This document shows positions 9,213 through 19,764 of a stretch of DNA of 42,862 nt, in pieces (positions within the stretch are counted from its first letter, which is position 1; every line of letters starts with the position of its first letter). This DNA is from Promethearchaeota archaeon. Lineage in GTDB: Archaea > Asgardarchaeota > Lokiarchaeia > Sigyniarchaeales > SOKP01. The stretch covers positions 1,591-44,452 of the forward strand of contig JBHLNZ010000025.1 of assembly GCA_048941015.1 (NCBI GenBank), in the 5' to 3' direction. The position numbers and the translations under genes were made by a program. A model generated the notes under the pieces. It was not told where the DNA came from. It did not search any database and was given only the letters and a program-made list of their open reading frames with translations.

Positions 9213-10050
9213 AAACATGATTGTAGAGGAATCTAAAGGAAAAACTCTTAAGATTGGATCAGAAGATATAAGAAGGATAGATACTGCTCCGAATGGGAAC
9301 CCAATTGATTATAGGGAATTAAATGCTATTATACATGAAGCAATAAACGCTAATTATAAAAAGATTATTTTAAATAATGTTTGTGGACAAAGATTCATAG
9401 GAGCTGGTCTACAAGGTGACATAGAAATTACGATTAATGGTATTCCTGGAAATGATTTAGGAATTTTCATGGATGGTCCTAAAATCATAGTTAATGGAAA
9501 TTGTGAGGATCAGTCTGGAAACACAATGAATGATGGAATAATGATAATAAACGGTGATTGTGGAGATGTAATAGGATTTTCATCTAGAGGGGGGAAAATT
9601 TTTATTAGAGGTGATGTTGGTTATAGAGTTGGTATTCATATGAAAGAATTTGAGAATAGATTTCCGTTATTAGTTATTGGGGGAACGACTAAAGATTTTT
9701 TAGGTGAATATATGGCGGGTGGAAAGATAATTGTGCTAGGATTAGAATTTTTGCCTAATAATTCTATAGTCGAAAATCAACATCCTATATGTGGTAATGA
9801 ATTAGGAACAGGAATTCATAGTGGAAGAATTTATCTTCGAACAGATGAAGATTTAGAAAATAAACTAGGTGTCGGTGCAAAATGCTTTGAACTTTCAAAA
9901 GAAGAACAACAAGAAATCAATCCTTATATATCAGAGTTTTGTAATTTATATAACATTCCAATAGAAATTATTAGAGAAAAACCATTTAAAATAATTAAAC
10001 CAATCTCGAAAAGACCATTTGGTGGGAATTATTGTAGTCAGTTAATTTAA
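9199..10050 (+). CDS. Glutamate synthase GXGXG beta-helix subunit (GltB domain 3)
   Basis: GQRFIG, GNDLG, GNTMNDG, GYRVGIHM, GEYMAGG repeats. Overlaps the previous gene; a start at the second Met (9217) is possible. Confidence 0.93.
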   Translation: MQVNKNMIVEESKGKTLKIGSEDIRRIDTAPNGNPIDYRELNAIIHEAINANYKKIILNNVCGQRFIGAGLQGDIEITINGIPGNDLGIFMDGPKIIVNGNCEDQSGNTMNDGIMIINGDCGDVIGFSSRGGKIFIRGDVGYRVGIHMKEFENRFPLLVIGGTTKDFLGEYMAGGKIIVLGLEFLPNNSIVENQHPICGNELGTGIHSGRIYLRTDEDLENKLGVGAKCFELSKEEQQEINPYISEFCNLYNIPIEIIREKPFKIIKPISKRPFGGNYCSQLI

Positions 10051-10074
10051 ATAATAAAAAAATTTTTAGAAATA

Positions 10075-11865
10075 TTATTCTGTTAATTCTTCTAATTGAT
10101 TAACAAAGTCTTCATATTGATTTATCCCAAGTTTCCAAAAATCAGGTTTAGTTATATCTAAATCCATTATTTCGCCTAATTCTTCTGGTGATAAGCTACC
10201 TCCAGCTTTTAAAAGTTTCTTAAATTTTGGAACAAAACTTTTTCCTTCAGTTTTATATTTGCGATAAAGAGCATAAACAAAAAGCTGAGCATAAACGTAA
10301 GGATAATTATAAAATCTGAAATTAGGGATATAGTAATGGCCTTTCATAGCCCATTCGTAATCCATTTCGTCAAACCAGTCAACGGAATCGCCATAAATCT
10401 TATCTCTCGCTTTAACCCAATACTTTGAGATTGCTTTCCCAACTAAAGCTTCTTTATTTTTAATGGCATCGTATAGACCTTGTTCAAACCATACTCGAGA
10501 ACTCACTTGAAATGCTGCTTGTCCTGCTTCATCTAATACTTGAGCTAAAATTAACTTTTTTTCTTCAATTGAATCCGCTTTAGATAATAATAGATCTGTT
10601 AGTAATAGTTCACCAAAAATGGATGCTGTTTCGGCTACAGAAGCACCAGGATGAAGATTAAAGATAGTTTGTTCACGTGAGGCCATGTATCCATGAATTG
10701 CGTGTCCTAATTCATGAGCAAGAGTATAAATTTCTTTTAAACTTCCAGTAAAGGATAATAATATATAACTTGATTTACCATTATACCAAGTATCACAATA
10801 TGCTCCGTTAGTTTTTCCTTTTCTGACTGCGGCATCGATATGTTTTTTTTCAAACATATCACTCGCATAAGTTTCAAAAGACTCATCAAAATTTCGATAT
10901 GCTTCTAAGATTAGTTCTTTTGTTTCAATCCAAGACCAATTTTTGCTTTTAGAACTCGGAAGTGGAGCGTGTACATCAGCACAGCTTAATATTGGATATC
11001 CTAAAATCTTCGCTTTAATATTTAAATATCTTTGATATACTCCTGCATTTTCTTCCATAGTTTTCATTAAATTATCAATAATTTCTTGTGTTGTATCATT
11101 CGCTATAAAACTATGATGCATTGGACTATCGTATTTTCTTCTTTCAGTTATTTTTAACCAATCACTAAAAATGTTTCTTAAAGCAGTTGAATATACAATT
11201 TCTTCCTTTCCAAGCGTCCCATAAATAGATTTATTAGTAGAAATTCTCGTTTCTCTATCTGGGTGGGTAAGTAGACTGTTAGCTTCTCCATAGGATAATA
11301 CTTTTTCTTTACCCTCAACATTAACAATATATTCTCTACTATTAAGCCATTCAGATTGTAGTTCACTCCAAGCCTTTATTCCAAACTGATCCTTCTCTAG
11401 GATAATTTGTTCTTCAACTTCCGAAAGTAGATGAGGAGCTATTCTTTTAAATTTTTTCAAATATTGCTTGTACCCTTTAAGTACGTAATCTTCTGCAATT
11501 TCTGTTCTCGTTTGCATTAATTTTCCAATTTCAATATCTATAAAAGTAATTTTTTTTAAGATTTCAGTTTGAAAATCATCAATCTTTTTCTTTAAACCTT
11601 TTGCTATTAGATCATTCTGATTTGCATCATATAATCTATTAGCATATAAATCTAAATCTCCTAAATCAGCAATTAGTTTCTCATTCTTTTTAATCAAATC
11701 AAGAAGGTCTTTTGGTAAGAATTTTGATGAGTAAATTTTACCCTTATAATTCTTGACAAGTTGGTCTGCCATTTTATTAATAGAATCACTAGTTTCAGAA
11801 ATCTTTGGATCTTCTGGACTTAAAAATATATCGGTTAAATCCCAAGCAATCTCATTTTCCGTCAT
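10075..11865 (-). CDS. pepF: M3B oligoendopeptidase F
   Basis: WDLTDIF start, GKTNGAYC, TLAHELGHAIH (HExxH), AETASIFGE, FYNYPYVYA. Confidence 0.93.
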   Translation of the reverse strand: MTENEIAWDLTDIFLSPEDPKISETSDSINKMADQLVKNYKGKIYSSKFLPKDLLDLIKKNEKLIADLGDLDLYANRLYDANQNDLIAKGLKKKIDDFQTEILKKITFIDIEIGKLMQTRTEIAEDYVLKGYKQYLKKFKRIAPHLLSEVEEQIILEKDQFGIKAWSELQSEWLNSREYIVNVEGKEKVLSYGEANSLLTHPDRETRISTNKSIYGTLGKEEIVYSTALRNIFSDWLKITERRKYDSPMHHSFIANDTTQEIIDNLMKTMEENAGVYQRYLNIKAKILGYPILSCADVHAPLPSSKSKNWSWIETKELILEAYRNFDESFETYASDMFEKKHIDAAVRKGKTNGAYCDTWYNGKSSYILLSFTGSLKEIYTLAHELGHAIHGYMASREQTIFNLHPGASVAETASIFGELLLTDLLLSKADSIEEKKLILAQVLDEAGQAAFQVSSRVWFEQGLYDAIKNKEALVGKAISKYWVKARDKIYGDSVDWFDEMDYEWAMKGHYYIPNFRFYNYPYVYAQLFVYALYRKYKTEGKSFVPKFKKLLKAGGSLSPEELGEIMDLDITKPDFWKLGINQYEDFVNQLEELTE

Positions 11866-11982
11866 TAAAATCGCTTTATCATTTATTTTGAAGTATAAAA
11901 AGTAATTCTATCTAATTTTATAACAAACTTATACTTTTTTCTTTTTAATCGAAAACATTGATTAGAGTCAAAATTAGATTAA

Positions 11983-13536
11983 TTATTCATACTCTATAGT
12001 ACTGGGTGGTTTATTCGAGATATCATAAACAATTCTGTTAAAACCCTTTACTTCATTAATAATCCGAGTTCCAATTTTCTCTAACAATTCCCAATCTAAT
12101 TTAGCAAAATTTGCTGTCATTGCATCAAGTGATTCTACAGCGCGAATAGAACAAATATATTCATAAGTGCGGTAATCACCCATTACACCAACAGTCTTAA
12201 CTGGTATAAGCACGCAAAATATTTGCCATAAATTACGATATATACCCGCATTTCTAATTTCTTCAATAAGAATTCTATCTGCTTCTCGTAGAGTATCAAG
12301 TCGATCTTTAGTAACTGGACCAATGCATCTAACTGCTAAACCTGGTCCTGGAAAAGGATGTCTATATACCATTTCTTCTGATAATCCTAACTGAATCCCT
12401 ATTTTTCTAACTTCATCTTTATATAAATCTTTAAGAGGTTCAATCAATTCAAGTTTCATATCTTCGGGAAGTGTAACATTATGATGAGATTTGATTTTTG
12501 CTGCGGCGTTACTGGTTGCTGCTGTTTCTACTCTATCTGGATAAATGGTACCTTGAGCTAGATACCTGATATTTGGAAATTCACGTTCAATCTCAAAAGT
12601 TTTTTCTTCAAATACCTCAATAAATGTATGTCCAATTATTTTTCGTTTTTCCTCTGGATCTTCTACATCCGTTAACTTATCCAAAAATATTTTTTCAGCA
12701 TTAACATAATGAAAATTCTTAAAACCTAACTTCTCTCTAAATGTTTTTTGAACGTTTAATTCTTCATATTTACGTAATAAACCATTATTTACGAAAATAC
12801 AATGCAATCGATCTTCAATTGCTCTATGAAGTAGCATCGCTGTAACTGAAGAATCAACACCACCACTTAAACCTAAAATTACTCTATCCTCATTTCCAAC
12901 TTTTTTTTGGATTAGTTCGATAGATTTTTTTATCCAATCTTGAAGTTTCCACTCCCTTTTAGATTTTGCAACTTTTAAAACGTAATTTTCTAAAATTTTC
13001 ATTCCATTTGGTGTATTTGTTACTTCTGGGTGGAATTGAACTCCAAATATTAAATTCTTGTCGTCTTTATATGCTGCTATTGGGCAATTCAAGGTATTAG
13101 CTAATATTTTAAAACCTTTAGGAAGCTCTATTACTTGATCTCCATGTGACATCCAAACAATTTGATTAGTCTCTAAAGAATCAAATAATAAATCACGATC
13201 TAATATTGTTAAAGCTGTTTTTCCATATTCTTTTTGCTCTTTTGATTGGATATTCCCTCCTAATTGATGAATAAGTAAATGAAAACCATAACAAATTCCT
13301 AAAATTGGAATCTTTTCGGAAATTATATGATTTAATAAAGTTTGAGGTATTTTAGGGCTATTACTTTCATAAACACTACTTGGACCACCAGATAAAATAA
13401 CTCCATCAGAATTTTTTTCTTTAAAGAGATTTAAATCTATATTATAAGGTAAAATTTCAGAATAGACTCCTAATTCTCTTATACGCCTTGCTATTAAATG
13501 ACAGTATTGTCCACCAAAATCTAAAACTAATATCAT
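11983..13536 (-). CDS. guaA: GMP synthase (glutamine-hydrolysing), fused GATase + ATPPase
   Basis: LDFGGQY, PILGICYG, GVQFHPEV, SGGVDSSV, QGTIYPD, IKSHHNV, RHPFPGPGLAVR, KPPSTIEYE. Confidence 0.98.
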   Translation of the reverse strand: MILVLDFGGQYCHLIARRIRELGVYSEILPYNIDLNLFKEKNSDGVILSGGPSSVYESNSPKIPQTLLNHIISEKIPILGICYGFHLLIHQLGGNIQSKEQKEYGKTALTILDRDLLFDSLETNQIVWMSHGDQVIELPKGFKILANTLNCPIAAYKDDKNLIFGVQFHPEVTNTPNGMKILENYVLKVAKSKREWKLQDWIKKSIELIQKKVGNEDRVILGLSGGVDSSVTAMLLHRAIEDRLHCIFVNNGLLRKYEELNVQKTFREKLGFKNFHYVNAEKIFLDKLTDVEDPEEKRKIIGHTFIEVFEEKTFEIEREFPNIRYLAQGTIYPDRVETAATSNAAAKIKSHHNVTLPEDMKLELIEPLKDLYKDEVRKIGIQLGLSEEMVYRHPFPGPGLAVRCIGPVTKDRLDTLREADRILIEEIRNAGIYRNLWQIFCVLIPVKTVGVMGDYRTYEYICSIRAVESLDAMTANFAKLDWELLEKIGTRIINEVKGFNRIVYDISNKPPSTIEYE

Positions 13537-13890
13537 GATTGATAGTTAAAAAATTATTTAGTTTTTGTAGGTATTTTGATAAAGTAAAAGAATAATTCGT
13601 TAAATAAAATAATAATTATGGAGATATAATCTTCTCTCGAACTTAATTTTTGGGTATATACAATATATAGTGTTTTATTTCAGAAACGTATCAAATATTT
13701 TGTTTTCATTAAATATAATTTATATTTTGTATATTTCTAAAAATATCTTTTTCAAAATTCCCAGTTTCTTCCCCCATTCTCTCAATAAATTGAAATTATT
13801 TTAAATAATTGTGCCCATTATATAGAAATATTGAAAAAAAATCAAAAAAAATATTAAAAGAATATAACAATCACAAAGGTTAAATAAACT

Positions 13891-15141
13891 ATGAATGAAA
13901 CATTAGACCCATTTAAAATTTCTCAAATCCAACTTCAAGATGCATGTAAATTAAAGGGGTATGATAAAGGAATTTATGATGCCTTAAGTGAACCCGAACG
14001 ATTTGTACAAATAAAAATTACTATGAAAATGGACGATGGTTCAATAAAGACTTTTAGAGGATTTAGGAGCCAATATAATTCCGCTCGTGGCCCAATGAAA
14101 GGAGGAATTCGATGGCATCCAGAGGAAAGTGCATCATTAGTGAAAGCTTTAAGTGCGTGGATGACTTGGAAAACAGCATGTGTAGATATCCCCTTAGGAG
14201 GAGCAAAAGGAGGTATAATTTGTAATCCAAAAGATATGAGCAATAAAGAACTAGAAACTTTAGCTCGAAGCTATATTAGACAACTTGCTGATTTTATTGG
14301 CCCAAATATAGACGTCCCTGCACCTGATGTTTATACTAACCCACAAATTATGGCTTGGATGATGGATGAATATGAAAAAATTGTTAGGAAACATGCACCA
14401 TCAGTAATTACAGGAAAACCATTACCTCTTGGTGGAAGTGCTGGACGTTCTATAGCTACAGCAAAAGGAGGTGTTTTTACTATTAGAGAGGCAGCAAAAG
14501 ATATAGGTTTAAATTTAAATGGTGCAAAAGTAGCAATTCAGGGATATGGTAATGCAGGTTCATGGGCAGCTAAAATTCTTCAAGATGATTTTAATTGTAA
14601 GATTATAGCTGTCTCAGATTCTAAAGGAGGAGCATATAATGAAAATGGACTTGATGCATATCAAGCTTCTGATCATAAAGAAAAGACAAGATCGGTTGTA
14701 GGTACAAAAGGTACTAAAGAAATTACGAACGAAGAACTACTGGAATTAGAGTGTGATGTCTTAGTGCCCGCAGCTCTCGAAAATGAAATAACTAGAAAAA
14801 ATGCAGATAATATAAATTGTAAGATTATTGCAGAGTTAGCAAATGGACCAACAACTCCAGAAGCTGATCAAATTCTTTTTGATAAGGGTATCCTTGTTAT
14901 TCCTGATTTTCTCTGCAATGCAGGTGGAGTTACTGTCTCTTATTTCGAAATGGTCCAAGGATATTATAGTTACTTTTGGACTGAAAAAGAAGTATTTGTT
15001 GCTTTAGACCGAGTAATGACAAATGCATATCATTCTACTGTCGATCAAGCGCGAAAATTTAATTCTAATAACAGAATGGGCGCTTATATGATCGCTATTG
15101 AAAGAGTTACAGATGCTATGAGATTAAGAGGATGGATATAA
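13891..15141 (+). CDS. gdhA: Glutamate dehydrogenase (Glu/Leu/Phe/Val family), paralog 1
   Basis: GPMKGGIR, MTWK, PLGGAKGG, DVPAPDV, TGKP, QGYGNAG, ANGPTT, PDFLCNAGGVTVSYFE. Confidence 0.95.
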   Translation: MNETLDPFKISQIQLQDACKLKGYDKGIYDALSEPERFVQIKITMKMDDGSIKTFRGFRSQYNSARGPMKGGIRWHPEESASLVKALSAWMTWKTACVDIPLGGAKGGIICNPKDMSNKELETLARSYIRQLADFIGPNIDVPAPDVYTNPQIMAWMMDEYEKIVRKHAPSVITGKPLPLGGSAGRSIATAKGGVFTIREAAKDIGLNLNGAKVAIQGYGNAGSWAAKILQDDFNCKIIAVSDSKGGAYNENGLDAYQASDHKEKTRSVVGTKGTKEITNEELLELECDVLVPAALENEITRKNADNINCKIIAELANGPTTPEADQILFDKGILVIPDFLCNAGGVTVSYFEMVQGYYSYFWTEKEVFVALDRVMTNAYHSTVDQARKFNSNNRMGAYMIAIERVTDAMRLRGWI

Positions 15142-15268
15142 AATTTCTTTTTCTCTTCTTTTTTTAAAAAATAAATAATAGATTCAAATAGATAAGAGTC
15201 TAAATATTAATATAACCATATTTTAAAGATTTTAATTTGAAAATTCTTAACTTAAGTAGGTTTTTTTT

Positions 15269-16519
15269 ATGGAAATAAATCCTTTTGAAGTTGCAAAAAA
15301 ACAAATCGATATTGTCGCTAAAGAAATGGGATTAGATAAGAATATTACAGAATATCTTAAAAGAATAGAAAGGGCACTTATAGTTTCAATTCCAATTATA
15401 ATGGATGATGGCACTCTCAAAATATTTGAAGGATATAGAGTCCATCATTCAACAGTAAGAGGTCCTGGAAAAGGTGGAATTAGATTTGCTCCGAATGTAA
15501 ATTTAGATGAAGTGAAAGCACTTGCTACTTGGATGACATGGAAAACAAGTTTATTAAATCTACCTTTAGGAGGTGCAAAGGGGGGAGTTCGAGTTGATCC
15601 AAGAAAGTTATCAAAGAAAGAATTAGAAAGGCTTACTAGAAGATATACTGCAGAAATAATTAATATTATTGGACCAGATATTGATGTTCCTGCTCCTGAT
15701 GTAAATACCAATGCACAAATAATGGCTTGGATTATGGATGTATATTCCATGCAAAAGGGTAGATCTGTTCCTGGAGTAGTTACTGGAAAGCCCATCGAGA
15801 TTGGTGGTTCTGTAGGAAGAGAACCGGCTACTGGAATGGGTTTATATTTTGTTTTACAAGCAATATGTGAAAAATTGGACTTAGACCTAAAAAACCTAAA
15901 TATTGTAATCCAAGGATTTGGTAATGTAGGTGGTACTATTGCGGAATTATTATTTAACCATGGTTGTAAAATTATAGCTATTTCAGACGTAACATCAGGG
16001 CTTTATTATGACAAAGGTTTGGATATTAAGAAACTATTAGAATGGGTAAAAGATGGTAATTATCTTAAAGATTATAAAAACCAGAATTATAAAAAAATAG
16101 TAAATGAAGAATTATTAATCCTTAAGTGTGATGTACTTATTCCCGCTGCTATTGAAAACCAAATTACTAAAGAAAATGCTGATAAAATAAATACAAAGAT
16201 CGTTTTAGAAGGTGCAAATGGGCCTACAACTCCAGAAGCAGACGAGATATTATATAAAGAAGGAATTCATGTAGTTCCCGACATACTTGCAAATAGCGGT
16301 GGAGTGACTGTATCTTACTTTGAGTATATACAAGATATCCATTCCTATTTTTGGAAATTGGATCGTATAAACAAAGAACTTAAAAGAATTATATTAGAAG
16401 CATTTGAAGATACATATAAAATCTCACTTGAACGTAAAATCCCATTACGTACAGCTGCATATATTATCGCTGTTTCTCGGATTGCTAAAGCAATAGAATT
16501 AAGAGGGATCTTTCCTTAA
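15269..16519 (+). CDS. gdhA: Glutamate dehydrogenase (Glu/Leu/Phe/Val family), paralog 2
   Basis: GPGKGGIR, GGAKGG, DVPAPDVNT, QGFGNVG, EGANGPTT, NSGGVTVSYFE. Confidence 0.95.
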   Translation: MEINPFEVAKKQIDIVAKEMGLDKNITEYLKRIERALIVSIPIIMDDGTLKIFEGYRVHHSTVRGPGKGGIRFAPNVNLDEVKALATWMTWKTSLLNLPLGGAKGGVRVDPRKLSKKELERLTRRYTAEIINIIGPDIDVPAPDVNTNAQIMAWIMDVYSMQKGRSVPGVVTGKPIEIGGSVGREPATGMGLYFVLQAICEKLDLDLKNLNIVIQGFGNVGGTIAELLFNHGCKIIAISDVTSGLYYDKGLDIKKLLEWVKDGNYLKDYKNQNYKKIVNEELLILKCDVLIPAAIENQITKENADKINTKIVLEGANGPTTPEADEILYKEGIHVVPDILANSGGVTVSYFEYIQDIHSYFWKLDRINKELKRIILEAFEDTYKISLERKIPLRTAAYIIAVSRIAKAIELRGIFP

Positions 16520-16538
16520 TTATTTTCTTAAATACTTA

Positions 16539-17834
16539 TTAAGAAAATGGAATTAAAACAAGGAGAAATCCTAAAGCACATAGTAAATGAATGATCGCAA
16601 AAAGCGCTCCCATTTTAAATAATCTTTTATAATTAAGATTTTCTACTCCGTTATCCCTTGCCACTTTGAGAGTCATCATATCACATGCAGCTCCTTGAGG
16701 GATAAAGTTTCCCCCGAGATTTACTGCTATAATTAAAGAAAATAAGAGTGGAACAGAAGGAAAACTGAAGCTATTGATTAATGTACTAATTATTGACATA
16801 AATATTAAAGCTGTAGGAGTATTAGCTACCAATCCTGATATAAAACTTATAATTATGAGCAATATAAAGGATAACAAAATCGGATTTATCGATTCAAATG
16901 GCAAACTAGCAAAAATTTCGTCAAATCCTGCTTCTATAAGAGATCCAACAATAACATACAATGCAATAAAGAAAAATATTATTTCCCATTCAATATCTCC
17001 AAGTAACTCTCCCATTGCCTTCTTTGTAAATTTTTTATTTATTAATACTAACAATAATGCCGATATTATTGCTGTTAAATATAGTAGAGGTAAAATAGCG
17101 AAAAGCATTATTGTAATAATTATCGCAATGCTATTAAAATAAAAAAATTTTTTATTTTTTATCATAATATCAGCATCTACTAATTCTAATACAAATCTCT
17201 TCTGTTGATCTTCTATTTTTGGTTCCTTTGATAAAATAAATTTATCAATTAAAAAGACCGTAAGAAATAATAAAGCAAACGAGAAGATCCAATAGTACTG
17301 AATAAAGTAAAAAGTATTCAGTCCAAATTGTTGTGAAATAATAATATTTTCTCCACTAGAAAAGGGTGTAATTATAGAACCTATATTTATACAAATTGTC
17401 ATACCTAATAGGTAGGTACCTGCTCTGATTTTTAAAAAATAGCAAAGACGGACTACAACTGGTGCGAGTATTAGTACAACTACAACATCAGTAATAATAG
17501 CTGCTAATAGGGTTGTTATTATACAAAGAAGATATAAAAAGACTCTCTGATCCCCTTTTGAAATCTTGAACAACTTGACTGCCACATACTCAAGTACGTT
17601 TGAATCTTGGGCGATCTTTGTTATAATACTCATGCTTAATATTATTATTATAGCAGGCCATTCAATAAATCCCACAAATCTTTCGAATGGAAGCCCTAAT
17701 TCTATCCCAGTAATTGTAGCACCATAAAACATACATAATAAAGAAATAGCTACAAAATCTAAATCCTTAATTGAGTAACTCGCAATTATAAGTCCAAATA
17801 ATATAAAAAGCAGAATTAATAATGGTACATTCAT
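16539..17834 (-). CDS. SLC13/ArsB/NhaD (ion transporter superfamily) permease
   Basis: About 12 TM segments; NIGSIITPFSSGENIII, IEWEIIFFF, SGLVANTPT, NLGGNFIPQGA. Confidence 0.88.
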   Translation of the reverse strand: MNVPLLILLFILFGLIIASYSIKDLDFVAISLLCMFYGATITGIELGLPFERFVGFIEWPAIIIILSMSIITKIAQDSNVLEYVAVKLFKISKGDQRVFLYLLCIITTLLAAIITDVVVVLILAPVVVRLCYFLKIRAGTYLLGMTICINIGSIITPFSSGENIIISQQFGLNTFYFIQYYWIFSFALLFLTVFLIDKFILSKEPKIEDQQKRFVLELVDADIMIKNKKFFYFNSIAIIITIMLFAILPLLYLTAIISALLLVLINKKFTKKAMGELLGDIEWEIIFFFIALYVIVGSLIEAGFDEIFASLPFESINPILLSFILLIIISFISGLVANTPTALIFMSIISTLINSFSFPSVPLLFSLIIAVNLGGNFIPQGAACDMMTLKVARDNGVENLNYKRLFKMGALFAIIHLLCALGFLLVLIPFS

Positions 17835-17945
17835 AATTACTCAAATTGAAGATCTTAGATTAGTATTAATAATGTAAGTAAACCTATTTTAATAAATCTA
17901 ATTAAATTATGTTCATTGAAGTCTCTTATATATTAAAATTAAGAA

Positions 17946-18794
17946 TTACTTCAATAGAAAGAGCTTTAAAAGGAATGTGAATAAATTTAATTCATTTAGA
18001 AGAGAAATATTTGAAATTAAATAATCAAATATATTTTCTTTAATGAAAAAGTGAAGACATCTTTCATATCCTTGTTCTTTTTTTATTAATTGAACTATTC
18101 TCCTAATTAAGTTTATGATTTGTTTTTCTACGACTAGCATATCACACTTAGTCGGATCTATACTTATAATATTAATACCAGAATTTCTATCGAAAGTGAA
18201 TTTTCGCAATTCACTGCTACTTTTTACATAATCATGGTTAAGGTAATTTTTAAACATTATTTCAATTTGTCCATATATTTTTTCTTTTATTTCAGAAGTT
18301 AAATGTCCTTCAATTACATTCATAAGCAAATTAAGAATTTGTTGAAAGATGCCTAAGATATCGAAATATTCAGCAATAGTGCTTATATCTTCGGCCGTTA
18401 ACCACTGAGAATAATATTCATCTATTATATCTTTAAAAGGATTAAAAAGATCTGTATTGCCTTTCCATAAATTTTTCCATTCTTCCTTGTTTCCTTTTAC
18501 ATAACGGTCAATAAACGTATTCATTATAATATTTAATCGTGCTTTTAACATATCTCCATGAACATTTTTCTCAGAGGCTGCAACAAACAGCAAATTTAAT
18601 TCTTTATCTTCTAAATATACCCACCTTAGCCCTCCCATGTCTATACTTTCAATTCCTGATTGAAATTCAAAAACAGTGAATTGGTTTAATGCTGCTAATA
18701 ATCCAGAAACTAGATCCTCATCTAATGCCAAATCCATGTATGCTTTATATAATAAAGTAATACCACTTTCAGAATCTAAGATCCATATGTTCAT
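17946..18794 (-). CDS. Longin-like domain protein with C-terminal helical domain
   Basis: N-terminus IWILDSESGITLL..DEDLVSGLLAALNQF..IESIDMGGLRWVY..LLFVAAS is the pattern typical of Asgard longin-like domains. Confidence 0.75.
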   Translation of the reverse strand: MNIWILDSESGITLLYKAYMDLALDEDLVSGLLAALNQFTVFEFQSGIESIDMGGLRWVYLEDKELNLLFVAASEKNVHGDMLKARLNIIMNTFIDRYVKGNKEEWKNLWKGNTDLFNPFKDIIDEYYSQWLTAEDISTIAEYFDILGIFQQILNLLMNVIEGHLTSEIKEKIYGQIEIMFKNYLNHDYVKSSSELRKFTFDRNSGINIISIDPTKCDMLVVEKQIINLIRRIVQLIKKEQGYERCLHFFIKENIFDYLISNISLLNELNLFTFLLKLFLLK

Positions 18795-18882
18795 TTACTT
18801 AACCTTTTTGACCCTTTTGTGTCTGATAATATAAATTAATTATTAAAATAAATGTCTTTGTTAAACTAAAAAGAACTCTAAT

Positions 18883-19368
18883 TTATAATATATCCTTAAG
18901 ACTACTTGTTTTACAATACTTTTGTAAATTTCTTAGCATATCAGTTACTTTCATTTGTAGAGTTAAATCAGCCGCTCCCCCCATCATATTAAGGAAATCA
19001 CTAGTCAATACTAGACTTTCAATAAAGACACCAACTTTAGATTTATTAGAAGACAAAGATTTAATTCTCAAACGACCTTCTAGTTGTTTCACATCTTTAT
19101 TATTTCTTACATTAAATTCTATTAATCTTCCTTTTTCTCCTTGCTCGCCCTTATCTTCCAATACTAATTCGCCTTCCATCTCTATTGGAACATTGATAAC
19201 ATCAATTTTATCGTAAATCTTACTAAATAAAACGTTGGGAGCTATAAATTTAGCTTCCATTCCTTTTGTGGGTTTTATTGTTTCCCAAAATTTAGCCTTA
19301 TATATTGTCTTAATAAGTTCATCTTTATTACAATTATCTATTTCTAAAACTTTTGAAATCTTAGTCAT
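18883..19368 (-). CDS. Hypothetical protein, possible START/SRPBCC (CoxG-like) fold
   Basis: 161 aa: N-terminal strand, helix with FW..IKP, run of beta strands, long C-terminal helix. The fold call is tentative. Confidence 0.5.
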   Translation of the reverse strand: MTKISKVLEIDNCNKDELIKTIYKAKFWETIKPTKGMEAKFIAPNVLFSKIYDKIDVINVPIEMEGELVLEDKGEQGEKGRLIEFNVRNNKDVKQLEGRLRIKSLSSNKSKVGVFIESLVLTSDFLNMMGGAADLTLQMKVTDMLRNLQKYCKTSSLKDIL

Positions 19369-19451
19369 AATAAGGATCTAAAATCTTCTTCTATTAATTT
19401 TTTTATGTTTTATATAAATCCTCTCATTAAAGAAATTTCAAGAAAAAAGCT

Positions 19452-19667
19452 TTAACTATCATTAGTGTCTCTAAATAACCGACTTCCTTCGATATCACGT
19501 TCCTCATTGCAATTGGGGCATATCCAAGTAGTCTCATTTTTCTTTATAGAATTTAAGCATTGATCGCATACTGTTATATCACAAATACAATAAAAACATT
19601 GATCAAGCTTATTTTGACAGTCTTTTCCACAAATATAACAATTAGGGGGATATTTTGATTTAGCCAT
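19452..19667 (-). CDS. Stand-alone C4C4 RING-like zinc finger protein
   Basis: C-x2-C-x13-C-x-C-x4-C-x2-C-x12-C-x2-C. Start placed at ATG 19667 (MAKSKYPP) rather than the track's 19700. Confidence 0.75.
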   Translation of the reverse strand: MAKSKYPPNCYICGKDCQNKLDQCFYCICDITVCDQCLNSIKKNETTWICPNCNEERDIEGSRLFRDTNDS

Positions 19668-19764
19668 TTTTTCAAATTCAAAAATATTTATAATAATCAA
19701 TATTATACTTTTAATTTAAAAAATTATTTTATTTATTAATTTTAATGAGTTTAATTTAGATAAA

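Noticed and set aside
6498-10050. Interpretation as N-methylglutamate synthase (GlxBCD/MgsABC)
   Set aside because: The ferredoxin-fused FMN subunit with QVTNPSIDPLRE fits archaeal glutamate synthase, and no methylamine pathway genes are nearby.
11983-13536. Fused bacterial-style guaA as a sign of horizontal transfer
   Set aside because: Fused GMP synthases also occur in archaea, and there is no compositional anomaly or mobility signal.
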